DNA of 64,000 nt from Antechinus flavipes (taxonomy: Eukaryota). Of the stretch, positions 1 through 13,149 are shown piece by piece (position 1 is the first letter of the stretch; each line of letters begins with the position of its first letter). The position numbers and the translations under genes were made by a program. Under the pieces are notes generated by a model. That model was given only the letters and a program-made list of their open reading frames with translations. It had not been told where the DNA came from and did no database searches. The stretch is from contig NC_067398.1 of NCBI RefSeq assembly GCF_016432865.1, forward strand, positions 726,330,001-726,394,000, read 5' to 3'.

Positions 1-373
1 GATTTTACAGGTACCACCCCAAGATCTGACATCGGCAAGACTCCAATCTAGCTTCATCCTCTAGAGGTGACCCCTGGGTCCCCGAGAACGTGGCCAGCTT
101 TTCTTGTCTCTCCAAAAATCCCTCCAGTTCCAAAGATTTTTCCCCCTGAAAGCCTTTGAAAAATGGAGCTGGAACTGGAGATGTGGAGAGCATCTCCCCC
201 CTTAATTTTCCGGGTTACGCCCTTCTTTACTATAAACAGGACGGTTGTGACCAGCACTGAACTATGGGCAGAATTCTGAGGCTTCATCCCTATCTTGGGT
301 CTGTCTCGGCTCTGTAAGATTCTTCCTCAGTTTCTTTTCTGAAAGGAGAGAGAAATACCATCATACGTGGAGA

Positions 374-388
374 CCACTAGAGGGCGCC
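374..388 (+). promoter_or_regulatory. CTCF consensus site
   Basis: CCACTAGAGGGCGCC matches the canonical CTCF core CC(A/G)(C/G)(C/T)AG(A/G)(G/T)GGC(G/A)C. Binding untested. Confidence 0.6.
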
Positions 389-483
389 ACAGTGGATGGA
401 ACACTGGGCCTGGAGCCCGAGGGCAGAATCTGTTTCGGACACTTTTTTTTGCCAGTTTTCTGTGAATCCACTTGATGTGTCTC

Positions 484-590
484 TACCTCACTTTCCATAT
501 CTGTAAAATATGGGATAGTAACAGCGCCTCCCTCCCATATAAGGATATAAGGACCGAATGAGGTCATGAGAAAGCACTCTGCAAATGCCG
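484..590 (+). mobile_element. MIR/CORE-SINE fragment
   Basis: CTCACTTTCCATATCTGTAAAATATGGGATAGTAACAGCGCCT resembles the MIR core CTCAGTTTCCTCATCTGTAAAATGGGGATAATAA. Confidence 0.6.
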
Positions 591-1446
591 GGAATTCTTG
601 TCTCCATTTTATAAATGACTCCGAGACTCCCAATTTCTCTCCTAATAAATGCAGATTCATTGAAAATCTGACATGCAAAGTTTTAAGACCGGATACACAT
701 TTCCCAGCCTGCCTCTGGATTTCCAAGTGCAAAAAGCTGACCAGCTTCTGCCGAGCTGGAGGGGCCAGCCTGTCCCTTCAGACTCAGAGCTGTCCAGCTG
801 GGGAATGGCTTGTTCCAGTCTGGTGAGGTAGTGAGTTCCCTGTTAGTGCCCAAGCAGAGACTGCCCTGAATAGGACTGGGTCATCTCTAAACCCTTTCTG
901 GCAGCAAGTTTCCCCCGTTTTGGAAACCTGGTCCCCAAAGGAGGACTGACCCCTGTTCTCCAGTTTCTTTCTCCATGGGTCAAAGGGGAGCAGACTGAGG
1001 AAGATTTTTGTCCTCAGTAACGACCCCTTCTCCCATCCTTTTTGGTGATGCTCATGTCTACCCCAATGTAGAAGCTGGGGAAGCCAGATTCCAGTCAGGT
1101 TTGGGAGAGGGACCCCATCCCCAATATTGTTTCTAATGATTTTAAGTTATTATGGACCTCCCTGAGCCAAACAAAATAAGCATAATTTAAAATAAGATTT
1201 TTTTCTTTTCTTCCTCTTCCTTCCTTCCTTCCCCCCCCCCTCTCGTAAATGGGCATTCTTGTAGAAAAAACTGAACAGAAAACCCAAGGTGTTCCCTGAA
1301 ACTCTCTGATGGACAGTTGCCTTTTCCTTTCTAGACCATCAGAAATTCCACAGATGCAGCAACCCCGCTCTGCTGGACTGGGCTTCCTTCTGGCTTTCCC
1401 TTAATTCTCATTTAAAAAAAGGCTGCAATGACCTTTTGTTTGTCTT

Positions 1447-1576
1447 NNNNNNNNNNNNNNNNNNNNNNNNNNNNNNNNNNNNNNNNNNNNNNNNNNNNNN
1501 NNNNNNNNNNNNNNNNNNNNNNNNNNNNNNNNNNNNNNNNNNNNNNNNNNNNNNNNNNNNNNNNNNNNNNNNNNNN
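1447..1576. other. assembly gap (130 N)
   Basis: Run of N from 1447 to 1576. Confidence 0.99.
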
Positions 1577-2124
1577 TGAGTCTTAGCAGAAGCAGCCAGG
1601 AGTCTGAGGTGAGGAGGAGGAGCTCTCCAGAGATGGGGCTCCCACAGTACAAAGTCAATGGAGTGTCCAGGAGTGAGCCCGGTCCCCACCCACCAGAACT
1701 CAGAGACCTCGGGGTGAGGGACTCGGAGCTGACGGGGACCCCCTCATGCCGCAAGGAAGGGGACGAGCTGACAGAAGTCAGTGGTGGGGAGCTGAGAGGC
1801 CGGCTCCATGTTGGGTGTGACCCTCTAGGAAGCAGGCTGGGATCCTGAGGGTTCCCCTGTCTGATGCTTACTATTGTACCCACGTGACCGGGACCCAGGA
1901 AGTGCTTCCTCCCTTGCCAGTTGTCCCAGGAGGTGGGCCTCCCTTCCTTGGAGACCTGGGAGGGGAGCTGGAGGGAGTGGCCGGTCTTCCTCTGCCCTCT
2001 GGCCAGCTTTGGGGGTGAGAGAGAGAGATGGGCTCTCCCCACTGGGGGAGCATTTCCAGCCTTAGGGGAAGACTCGGCCCCTTGGTCCCGTGAGGTGGGC
2101 AGGAGATGGGGGGGAGACGGCTGC

Positions 2125-2650
2125 CAACAAGCATTTATGAAGTGCCTTCCTTATCTGTTCCAGGCACACTGCCAAGCCCGGGAATACAAAGAAAGGTAAA
2201 AGACAGTCCTTGGGCAGGAACTTTCAGTCTAATGAGGGAGACGCGTGCAGCCACTGTACAAACAAGGCAGAGCAGGATAAACTGGGGATGATTCATAGCG
2301 GGAAAGCGCTAGCGCTGAGGGAGATGGGACAAGGCTTCCTGGAGAAGGTGGGATTGAAGCTGGTCCTTGAAGGAACCAAGAGAGGGAGCAGAGCCTCCAG
2401 ATCACAGAATACACGGGCAGTGGTATGCAAACATGGCAGCCCACGGAGGTCGGAGACCCGGAGACCAGGGATCCGGAGGCCAAGCAGGAGGCCAGCCTAC
2501 TCATCCAGGCAGTGATACCGGTGGCTGTTTGCTCAGGGTGACCCTTTGGCTGGGATACAAGGGCAGTGAAGGAACCTGGACAGAAGTGGGGAGGTCGTTC
2601 TGGGGGGCTGGAGAGAGAAGGTACTCAGCCTAATGTTGGACACAAAGAAC
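2125..2650 (-). mobile_element. L2 LINE 3' fragment
   Basis: CAACAAGCATTTATGAAGTGCC...CCAGGCAC...GAATACAAAG is the typical L2 3'-end signature on the minus strand. Boundaries approximate. Confidence 0.55.
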
Positions 2651-3059
2651 TTGAGCAGCTTGGGGGTGGACCCAGGGAGGGAGATGTCAGCAGGAGAGAG
2701 GTTAGGGCTGGATATGAGCCAGATTTGGAAGAAGAGCAGGAGGTGGCTGGAGAGAGGTAGCTGGTCACACGGAAGCTGAGTGGATCAGACTTGGTCTGGG
2801 GGACACCTTGTCAGTCAGGGTGTGACCAGGGTTTCTCCAAGGTGGGGAGACTTTCTGGCTGGTATTGGAGGGGCACCGTCAAAAAAGGTTCTGTTGTCCT
2901 GGCTTGGACTTTTGTCTCCTGTGGAAGAGAATTCAAAGGAAGTCTGGGGGTGGCCCTGACCTCTGCTGACTGCGGAAGGAGGCTTACCGGGGCTGGTCAT
3001 TTCCCATCTCTGTCTTCAGTCTCTTCATCTTAAAAATGGGGTCAGTGCCCTGTCCTCCC

Positions 3060-4000
3060 CATCTCCAACTGCCTTCAGACATCGCCCCGGATGTCCAACA
3101 TACATCTTAAACTCAAGGCATCCAATAATGAACTTATCTCCCCCTCCTACATTCCTATGACTTTTGAGGGCAGCCCATCCTCCTAATCCCTCAGGTTCTC
3201 AACCTAGGAATTATCCTGGACTCCTCACTATTTCTCACCCCCAAATTCAGTATGGTGATAAGGCCTGTCCATTTCACCTCTACAAATCTCTGGTTTATTT
3301 CACCTTAGCTGCATCTCTAATCTATTTCACCTGTGCAGCATCTCTGGCCCATGTCACCTTTGCACCATCTCTGGTCCATTTCATCTCTGCATCATACCTC
3401 TGGTCCACGTCACTTTTGCAGCACTCGGCTCCATCTCTGGTCCATTTCACCTGTGTCACACCTCTGCTCTGTTTCACTTCTGCTCCATCTCTGGCCCATG
3501 TCACTTCCGGTCCATGTCACCTCTGTTTCATCTCTGGTCCATTTCACCTCTGTGCAACCTCTGGTCCATTTCACCTCCACACCATCTGTGGTCCATTTTG
3601 CCTCTGCTGCATCTCTGGTCCATTTCACCTGTGGCCCATGTTACATTTGCAGCATCTCTGGCGTATGTCACCTCTGCAACATTTCTCTAATCTGTCCCTT
3701 TCTCTCCTCTATTCCTTTCCCAACCCTGGTGCAAACTCTTATCTCCTCATGCCTTGACTTTTGCAGTAGCTGCTCAAAGGTCTGTCTGCCCCAGGTCTCT
3801 CCCACCTCCTGTCCATCCTCCAAGCAGCCACCAAAGTAATTTTTCCAAATCACAGGATCAACCACATCATTCTCCTCCTCAAACTCCAGGACTAAATAGA
3901 AAACCAGCCAGTGTCTGAAAGGCTCTCCCTCCTCATTTTCACCTGAGAAGCCCTTGCTGCCTTCAAAGCTTGGCTGGAGAACGTGAAGCCAAGCGGCCCC
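3060..4000 (+). mobile_element. degenerate L2 LINE fragment containing an internal minisatellite
   Basis: L2-like text (CATCTTAAACTCAA...TCCAATAATGAACTTATC; CTGGACTCCTCACT...; GCAGTAGCTG; CAAAGTAATTTT...AAATCACAGGATCAACCAC). Boundaries approximate. Confidence 0.55.
3265..3690 (+). repeat. degenerate ~27-29-bp minisatellite (TGGTCCATTTCACCTCTGCxxCATCTC)
   Basis: Repeated TCTGGTCCATTTCACCTC motif; reverse complement of the arrays at 9432 and 13645. Confidence 0.85.
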
Positions 4001-4084
4001 GCCAGAATCCTTCTCCCCATCCCTGCAACCCTCCCCAGCCTCTCCTGACTCTCCAGCTGGTGGTGCCTCCCTCCCCAATCGGAT

Positions 4085-4265
4085 TTATCTGAGTTCAGAT
4101 CTGGCCTCAGATACTTCTTAGCCAGGTGATCCTGGGCACATTACTTTACCTTGCTTGTCAGTTTCCTCCTTTGTAAAATGAACTGGAGAAGTTAATGGTA
4201 AACCACCTCAGCACCTTTGCCAAGAAAGCCCAAAATGGGGCTATAGAGAGTCCCATGTGACTGAA
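4085..4265 (+). mobile_element. MAR1-type marsupial CORE-SINE (CORE plus RTE/BovB-like tail)
   Basis: GAGTTCAGATCTGGCCTCAGATAC..CAGTTTCCTCC..TGTAAAATGAACTGGAGAAG..AATGGTAAACCAC..CTTTGCCAAGAAA..CAAAATGGGG..GAGAGTC..TGACTGAA follows the MAR1 layout recalled from marsupial genomes. Confidence 0.65.
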
Positions 4266-4699
4266 GAGCAGCGCGAGGCACACGTGGTTTCCAGGGAGAG
4301 AATGGCAGCTACCTGGAGGTAGACCTGTTTCCTTTTGTCGTGGCATTCTCCAAATACTCGAGAACATATTTGGTGATTCATGGATGGAGGAAAAAATGCA
4401 TGGACGGAGGTTGGGTATAAGGAGGGGAGATCCTCCAAAGGAAGGAAGGGGTGAATGTCTTTCTGCTTGGATGGATGGGTGGATAGAGACATGGATTCAT
4501 GGACTGATGGACAGATGCTCTATGTATGGTTGGATGGCTATATGATGGATGAAGGGAGGGAGGAAATGATGAAAGCTTAGAGAGATGGAGAGAGGAATGG
4601 GAGGGCGCTGAGTGAGTGGCTGGATGGCTGGAAATATGCCTAGAGAGAGTGAGAGAGTGTTAGTTAATAGGCTGTTAATAGGAGCTTTTGTAAAGTAGA

Positions 4700-4860
4700 C
4701 CCTGAGTCAGAAGAATTAGACACTTCCTAACTGCGGAAGTCACTCAATCTCTCCCTCATTTTTCTCATCTGTAAAATGGGAATAAAGAGCAGAGTTGTGA
4801 GAATGAATACGTGTGAATCGCTTTGCAAACTATAAAGCGCCAGTAAGGGTGAGTTACTGA
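4700..4860 (+). mobile_element. MIR fragment
   Basis: CTCATTTTTCTCATCTGTAAAATGGGAATAA...GTTGTGAGAAT...GCTTTGCAAAC. Confidence 0.6.
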
Positions 4861-5569
4861 TATTGTTCCGATGCCTGGGCATCCCAGTACTGAGCGATCC
4901 TCCAGGACACGGTCCCAGCGCCGCCTCAGAGCTCCAGGACCCTTGTGGGTCTCGAGGCAATTACGTCAGTGCTTGAGAACAGCCCTCCCCCTAGCTCTCG
5001 CGCTTCCCCCCCACCCCTCCCGCCCCCCGGCCGCACACGCAGGATTCCCGTCGGTCACTCTGGTCCCTTCCAGTCCTGGCTGGGGGGGTGGAGAGGGGGG
5101 ATCTAAGAAGGAAGGCACCGGCCGGGGCCGCCCCCTCTGCTCCGTCTCGGTTCGGGGTAGCCCTCCTCGCTCAGAGCCCAGGGAAGGGGAACAGCAGACC
5201 CTCGGTATGGCCGGTCCCTAATTCCAGGAAGCGCCCGCCAGGATCCGTCCCTGCGGCCTTCCCAGGCGCTCCCTAATGTTTGTCCCGTAGAGGAGGCGAG
5301 TGAACGAACGAGTGAACGAATGAATGAGCAAATGAGGCGGTTCGGCCCCTCCCTGGCGTGGCCCTGCTGTGGGGTGGGGAATCAAGCGCCCAGGATCCCC
5401 CGAAGTCCAGCGCATCTCCAGCCCTCTGTGCCTCAGTTTCCCTCTCGGTTCAGAGAGATGGCGAATCTCCTCTGGTCGGCTCGACTGTCAAGTTCCGGGT
5501 GCTGGGCAGGGGGAAGGGGCGCTAGGGGAGTCGGAGAGAGAGGGAGACCCAGCCCTGGAGGAAGATCCC

Positions 5570-6620
5570 CTAGCTGGCCCAGACTTCGCCGCCCCGCCCT
5601 CCGACACGCCCGGATGGGGAGCCGGGAGCCCGGAGCCGGGGCGGGATAAGGGCTGGGGGGTTCTGGGGCGGGGCCCTGGGCGGGGCGAGGTGTAGCTCGG
5701 ACCGGGGTCTGCAGGGGGCGCCCGAGGGCAGCGCGGGCTCCGCTCCGGGCGCGGCAGCTGCGGCCAGGGCTGCCGGGGACTCCGAGGAGGAAGCGGGCAC
5801 CGGCGGAGGCGGCTGCGGGGGCGGAGGAGGACGCCTCCGGCTCAGGAGGCCCCCGGCTCAGGTCAGTGCACGCAGGAGCCGCGGCCGGGGACGGGCCGCC
5901 CGGTCAGAGCGTCCCGGTCCCGTCCCCCATGTCCCGCCCGGTCCAGCAGCGTTGGGAACGGCTGACGGCCAGACGGGGCGGACTGTTGGACGGGGCGGGA
6001 GATGGGATCGGGGTAGGGAAGGGGAGGGGGCAGGGGTGGGCGCCCCGTCCTATTTCGCGCCCCCCGCCCTGCCCCTCGTTCTGGAGTGGGGAGCCAGCCG
6101 CAGGCGGGCCGTCGGGGGTGGGGGGACACAGTGGGGGCGCTCCGGGCTGTGGAGACGGCGGCCGCCCTGGGACGCGCTCCGTGACCCGGGGCTGGAGGAC
6201 GTCCCCGACGTCTTAGGGGCAGGGTCCGGCCCCGGCTGCCGCGGCCCCGATCTCCCCCGCCTTGCCGGGGATGGGAGGCGGGGGCAGGTGCGCCGCGGAG
6301 GGTGCGGGCGTCAGCCGGGAGCCAGCCGACGGGGGCTCCTGGAACCGGGCAGCGCCGTTCCTGCCGGGGCATCTCTGGGCTCCTGCGCCCTCCTCCTCCC
6401 CCCATGCTTCCCTTCTTACTCCTCCTGGGGGGTGCGCCCGGAGGAGGCTTTCTTCCCGCTCCCACAGCTGGGCTCCAAGCTGCAGGGGCGGCTGGGGGGG
6501 GGCACGCAGTGGGAATGTGGAGGCTTGGAGCCTCTGGAGAGAGGAGGGGCTCATCCTGAGCCCCGATACTGGCGGCCCAGAGATGGAGAAGGGCAGGCGG
6601 GCGTCCTGACCTTTCCAACA
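5570..6620. promoter_or_regulatory. CpG island with candidate non-coding first exon (5' splice site CAG|GTCAGT after 5860)
   Basis: Dense CpG and GC boxes (GGGGCGGG); donor-like sequence at 5858-5866. The gene it belongs to is not determined. Confidence 0.4.
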
Positions 6621-8999
6621 CCCTCCGCTCCAAATCTCATGGGATCTGATTGGTCCACCTCATCCCCTTCTTCCTAAGAAGGAAACTGAGTCCACTATGG
6701 ATATGAGGGGATCACGGGGGAGGTAAACCCACCCCTAGGAGCTCTGGGTGTTCATGTGCAGAGAGGGAAGGTTTTAGGGTCTCTGGGAAATCCTGGCACT
6801 CACTGGGCCCCAGGACTCTTGCCTCTGGGTCCCAAGGCAGTCTGGGACCAGCTGGGAGACGCAAGGGTCAGGAAGGAGGGAGACCGAGCCACGACCCTCT
6901 TCCTTGGATCCTCTCCGAGCCCTTCCCAGTTCCCCAGCCCCTCTGGACCCCGTGCAATTCTGCCCAGCAAAAGCGGCAGGTATTTTAGGAGGGAGGGAGA
7001 AGGGAAGGAGCAGAGGTTGGAGCTGATCTCCTTCCCTTATCCCCTCCCCCACTTGGACTTCATGTTTGGGAGGCTCACTCCCATCTCCAGCCTGAGCCTC
7101 AGTTTCCTGCCTCTTTAGGCTGGCCCCCAAGTCTCTTCTGACTGGGCAGCCCAGACCTTGGGGGGCCCTTTCCTCATTAACTCGCTCAATGCAAACGTGG
7201 GGGCAGCCGAGCTTCCCCCCTCCCAGCTGGGCTGGGAGTGATCAAGGGGGCTTAGCTTAGCCACTCAGGCTTTCTCCCCCCTCCCCCTCCCGCTTCCCTA
7301 ATTCATTCCCAGATGATAGCCTGGAATAAGCTGGCCTGGACCTGGGCCTCTGGCCCCCCCCTCCCCCACCCCTTCCGTCCCGGTCAGCCCCTTCCAAATG
7401 CTCCCTGGGGCCCAGAGCCCTTCTGTGCAGCGTCTAAAAGGGAAGTTAGGCTCCGGAGGTGGACAGATAGATGAATGAGCAGGACAGACAGACTGAGCCA
7501 GTCAGTGCCCTTGGGAAAATGGGACCTTTTCTCCCAGCTTCGGGAGCAGGAAATTGGCTTCTAAGGGAGCCAGGATAGGAATCCGACAGAAGAGGGAGGT
7601 GGGTGGTCAGTATCCAGCGAGTTTTCCTTCATCAGAGTCCAGCCCCAGCCCCTGATAGCAATCCGTGAGCAACCAGTGAAGCCCTGGGAAGGATTCAGGA
7701 CCACTTGGTCCAGGGGAAGCTCAGGGTGAAGTGGCAAGAACGCAGCAAGTGAGAAGAGTGAGGGGGAATTATAGGAAGCAGCGGGAACAAAGGCTGGAAA
7801 AGAGGAAGAGGCCATGTCGGAATCAGCCAACCCAGGAGGAGCGCGCAGAAGATGGAGAGTCTGGGGAGGGAGCTCAGAGGAGAAGGGGAAGGCAAGCGGC
7901 TTCAGCCGGACCGGTATCCATCCATGCAGCAGGGCACGGGCTGGCAAGGGCTTCAGCCGGCAGTTAGTAGTCTGGGCCTGGAGCTCAGGAGAAGGAGGCT
8001 TGTTGGGAGTGAGGGAAGAGGAGGGGCTGAGGACAGAAGCTCAGGAGATGACAGCACCAGGGATAAGGAAGAGGATGTGGGGCCCGTTAAGGAGATGGGA
8101 AAGCCGGCAGACAGAAAGGAGGGGAGGGAGCACCGAAGCAGAGAGAGGGGAGTATCAAGTAAACGGGTGGCCAGTGGTGATCCGGACACGGGGGAAGAGG
8201 CCAGCAGACCTCCGGAGAGCTGTGGAGGGCTTCTCCTAGGGGCGAGCAGAGTGAAGCTAAGCCTGCCTCCTCAGCACAGTCCTTCGGTACCCAGCAAAGC
8301 CGTTATGATTCTCCCCCACCCACACACTCTTCCCTTCAGTTCTCTCCATCTAAACATCCTTTAAATGCATTCTCACATGTCACAGACTCCAGACCCTTCA
8401 CTACTCTAATTGCCAGACCTTCTGACCCCTTCGTGAGCCTGTAAACTGTTCCTCCCCATTTTGCTTGAGACTGCATTGAGTTTCTGGTAGCCATATCACA
8501 TTATACTATCTCCTAGTGAGCTTGTGATCCCTTCAAATCCCCGAGTCTTGTGCAGGGAAGCTGCTGTCTGACTAGACCTCTCCCATCCTAGACATGGGAA
8601 GTGGGTTTTCTCAAATCCAAATGTAAGCCTTTCCACTGCGCCTTATGGCATTTTATCTTACTAAACTTGGTCTAATGCTTGAGCCCGCTGACATCTTTTG
8701 GGATCCTGAGTCTATCACCCAATATTTTAGCAGTCCCTCTCAGTTTCATGACATCTATGCACTGGTGAGCCTGTCATTCATGCCTTGCTCCATAGATCCC
8801 CAGGCCTTGCACACTAACATGGAAGCAAGAAAAATTCTAAGTCTTGACTGCTCAGACACTTTCAAGTGCATTCATCCAGCTGTGCTACCTGTGGGAAGTG
8901 TGGGGGATTGGAGAGATCCATACCTTTCCTCCACTTTCCCAAAGGCTGTCAATCCCTGCTAGTTAGTCCCTGTTGCCAAATCAGGCTGTGCCTTTGTTA

Positions 9000-9790
9000 A
9001 ACTCAGACTGTTTTCTGGGGCCTCCTCTGAGTCTGGGGGCACAAAGAAAAATAAGAAACACATGGCTCCTGACCTTGAGGAGCTCACGAGTCCACAGAAA
9101 GCCATATCCACGGTATACACAAGGTAGCCAGCAGGGATCCTTTGAGGAAAGGGAGAACCATATTGTGAAAGGTTTGATTATGGAAGTAAAAGAATAGAGG
9201 CATATCTATTTGGTCCTGGAGGCCATTGGGGAGCGTGGAAGTGTTAAGCAGGGGAGTGACATGATCAGACCTGTGTTTTAGGGAGATCACTTTGGAGGCT
9301 GAATGATGTTCTGAAGTAGGGAGAAACTAAAGGAGGCAGCCCAAGTAGCTATTGATGGGAGGTGATGAGGAGCTACATCAAGGTGAGGAGAGAATTAGAG
9401 GAGCCTATTTCAGAGAGATACTGCAAACAAGAGATGTTGCAGAAGTGAAATGGACAAGAAATGTTGCAGAGGTGAAATGGACAAGAAATGTTGCAGAGGT
9501 GAAATGGACAAGAAATGTTGCAGAGGTGAAATGGACAAGCCTTGGCACTTTATTGGATCTAAGGGGTGAGAGGGAAAGAAGGTGAAAGTGGGTGAGTTAG
9601 GAGTCTGGGATAACTCCTCAGAAGCTCCATTTTTGGAGTCTCCCATAGTTCCCTGAAGGCTCACCCAGTCCCTTCTTTCCTATTGAGATTATTTGCTTTT
9701 GCTCAAAGAGATAACATTTTAAAAGCACTTAGCACTGTGCCTGGCACATAGTAAGTCCTCTCGCTCAATCTTCTCAGTGTATTTCCTGCC
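9000..9790 (-). mobile_element. L2 LINE fragments
   Basis: GGCCATTGGGGAGC..GAAGTG..AGCAGGGGAGTGACATGATCAGACCTGTGTTTTAGG.AGATCACTTTGG and CCTTGGCAC..ATTGGAT are L2-type. Confidence 0.55.
9432..9539 (+). repeat. 27-bp minisatellite x4 (AAATGTTGCAGAGGTGAAATGGACAAG)
   Basis: Four near-perfect tandem copies read directly. Confidence 0.95.
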
Positions 9791-12700
9791 TTTCTATAGA
9801 TGTTAGGAACTTTTCAAATGTTGTGTGGAGAAAGGGAGGGATTGTTTTGTAGTGGAATTGTATTGTAGTAGAGCTGGGGGCGGGGCGGGGGAAGATGGCT
9901 GAGGATGAGGGCAGCTCAGGAAAGTTATTTTAGGACTGAAAATAGGTATGTTTTGAAGAGGAGGTCGTGGCAGGGACCAAAGAGATGGATGCGTGAGTAT
10001 GAAAGTAGGGTGGTTTGCTGGGCAGAGAGGGAAGGGGAAGGGTTAGGGGGCTTAATCCCCTAGAATCTGAAACTTTGATCCTTTGCAGTCAGGTGAAAGG
10101 GACAATGTGAAAGGGTGACTGATGTCTAGGGAAGGGAACTGAAAACAGTTCTGCCATGGTCTCAGTCAGGGAAAAGCAGCAGTGCACATTTAGGGCAGGG
10201 GCCTCCCATTCTATGATGACCTCCCAATCACCTGGGACTGTGCCCAGGAGATCCTCCAGTTCATCCCCTTAGCTTCTCATCCATCATGTGGGAGGGGGCT
10301 GTCTGCCATGGCTCCATTATTATGCTCCTTTAAGAGGACCACTATATTTATGGTCCCCCTTTGAGAGTTAAGGAAATTGAGGTTCAGAGACAGCAGGTTT
10401 GTGTCCTAGAGTCACAGAGCTTATGAATGTCAAAAGTGGACTGGGATCCTGGGCCCTTTAGCATCCTTCACTAGGACACGGTTGCTTCTTTGGTGAAATG
10501 GAGATTTTCATGACTCCTGAGGATCCTCCTGGGATTACTGGAAGGTGTGGAAAGGGCCCCAGCCAAGGCCTTGGGCAGACCAAGTTCCAGGATGAGAACC
10601 AGCTTTGAGGCTAAATTGGGGGACAGAGGCTGGGAGGGATAATTAAGCTGGAAGATATTTTCCCTCCTCACCTGTGGGGAAACCCCCCAGGAGAAGTACA
10701 GAACTCCATCCCTGGGCCCCCAGGAGGACAGCCTGTCAGTGAGACCTTGATGGGGGGCTCAGGCTTCCATAGTCCCAGCTCCTGCCTAGAGAGCATTTAC
10801 AAGCCTTTGGACTTGTGGGCCGCAACCTGACCCACCTTTCCAGAACAGGCCGGAAGTCTCCAGGGCCAGACAGGCCTGCTGTTGTCCCCTGTGTCTGTTT
10901 CCCACCCTCCTCCTACATCCTGCCCCTGGGTCAGGGCCCCCACCATTTGGCTTCCCATCGCATCCTTTGTGTCCTCAGCTAGATTGAGGGCCATCCCAGG
11001 AACAGTGGGAGAAACACAGCAGAGCCTTAGTTCCCTCCTTTGCCGGCCCCACACCATCCCAGACTGGGAAGGAAGCAGGGGCATTCAGTGGCCAGGCTGG
11101 CCTTCCAAAGGGCACCAAGAGCCCAGATTTAGGCAGGGCCCAAGCCTGGCTAATGCTGACCTTCGGGGTGCCTTTTCAGGCTCAGACCCAAGGTCACCAT
11201 GGCATCTGGAAGGAGGCATTGAGTCTCAGGTTCCTTTTCTTGAGCCATTGGGGAGATCCCGCGGGATCCCAGAGGCTGCTGTTTTCTCCCGGGATGCTGA
11301 GAGGTGTCAAGCTGCCGGAAAGGGGCAGGAGAGAGTGCTGTCCCAGAGCATCGCCATTACAGGCTCTGGAACCACTTCCTTTGACTCGGGCTACATGTTT
11401 ATAGGCCTGTGACTGTTCCCCCTCCTCAAGCCCTTCCCTAGCATCAGCCAGGGCTGCTCACCTGGGAAATGGCCCCTTGTTCAGACTCAACTTCCTTTCC
11501 TAAGCAGCTGCACGTGATTCAGGGATTCATTCCTCAGGGAAAACTGAGCAAGGACTGCCCTCCACCCCAGACTTCCCTCCCTAGGTCACGGGCAAAAAGC
11601 ACTGGGGGCATGATAGGCTTGTCTGGTGCTCCTTCCCACATTCTACTCTCACTTCCAGAGGCCAGGGCGGGTAACTCCATAAATCTGGACCAAGGTCAAG
11701 GCTTTGGCCCGGGCCAGGGGCTGAGGTTCCTGCTGGGGCTTCTAAGAAGCAAGAGTTCATAGGTCTGATTTTCCCCCTGTTGCAGCCCCTCTTGCCATGG
11801 GCACCATGGCCAACTCCCAGGAGTGCTCAGGACAGACAGGCTGGCAGCTGGTGGCTGAGAACTTGTCTTGGGCTGGACTCCTCGGGGTGCTGGGAAGGAG
11901 TGCTCCCAATGGGCTTTGGGCCCAGATACGAAGCATTAGGATATGAGATACCCAAGGCAGGAGGCTGCAGAAAAGTGAAGGAGAGCGAAGTGCCCCCAGA
12001 ATATAGCTCCTGCAGGAGATCCCGGCTTCCTTTCAGAAGGGGAAGGGGAGCCAGGAGTCTCCCTGGGGAGGCAGCATCCCTGCTCCCCAAAGATGTCGGG
12101 CAGAAGAGGGGGCACATGAGAGCAGAAGCAGGAGCAGAAATCATCTTGTCCAACTCCTACCCATTTGACAGGAGAAGAAACTAGGCCCAGAAAGTGATAT
12201 GCCAATCAGAAGCAATTGGTGGCCGCTGCCAAGGCTGATTTAGGTTAGATGTCCCAGCGTGGGACAGCCTTCCCCGGGAAGCAGTAGACTGTCCCACTGG
12301 AGGGTCTTCAAGCAGAAGATGGCAAAGGAACAGAGAGGTACCAGACTCCCCTTAGAAGGCAGGAAATCCGGCTGAGGTGCAAATGCAGGGCCCTCTTCAG
12401 CAGAGTGGAGAGGTTCCTAGGAGTAGAAGTGGGCTCCGAGCACAGGCCCAGGAAGAGACAGACAGATTCTTCTGAAGGTAATGCTCTGGGCTTGTGGTCA
12501 GGAATCTGGCTCTGTTCTGTTGGCCAACCCTCTGCTCTTTTCTGAGCAACCTCAGTTTCTCCTTTTAAAAGAGAAAGGGCAGGGCTAGTGGATCACTGTG
12601 AAGACCGAATTAGCTCCCTGTTGACCTCAGGATCAGCCAGAGTCAGGATCAGCAAAAGTCCTTGGTCTTTAGGGGGAGAAGTAAAGGAGATGGACAAAAC

Positions 12701-13149
12701 TCCACGAGGCTCGCCACCAACCTCTTCTCTCCTCCTGGTCCTCCTCCAAAGTGACTCTGGCTTGTCTTACTCCACCCCCTAATCCCTCCTACAATTATCT
12801 GTGTACACCAAAAGATTGAGCCAGCACAAATAATGAGAAGGGCCATTTTCCAAGCATATGCTAATAGAGTAATTAGCCTTAAGTGCTCCGTTATCGGTTA
12901 TCCGATTCTGATGCACCTATTCAGAGTTTCAGCCCCTTACAGGTCACCAAGGTCTCTCCCAGCTGGGGGAGTTTCTATGTTGTGTTCTGTGTACCCGGAC
13001 CTGGGCTTCACACTTGAGGAAGGCCATTGAAAGAATCAGAAGTTGTCTGGAGAAGGGTAGCCAGGCTACAAGGACAAAAATGGCTATGTCTTCTGCCCTC
13101 CAGGAGCTGATTCTTCTGAGGATCAAAGGTCAGGTGACATGGCCACAGG

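Noticed and set aside
824-844. TGAGGTAGTGAGTTCCCTGTT resembles a let-7 miRNA 5' end
   Set aside because: I see no complementary arm for a hairpin. The context (GAGGTAGTGAGTTCCC...CAAGCAGAGACTG) fits a CR1/L3 3' fragment, similar to text near 12280-12320.
1-1900. Possible 3' end of SPECC1L (upstream neighbour in human) or a coding exon at 1577-1848
   Set aside because: No recognisable SPECC1L/CH-domain sequence or other homology by eye, and the N gap interrupts the region.
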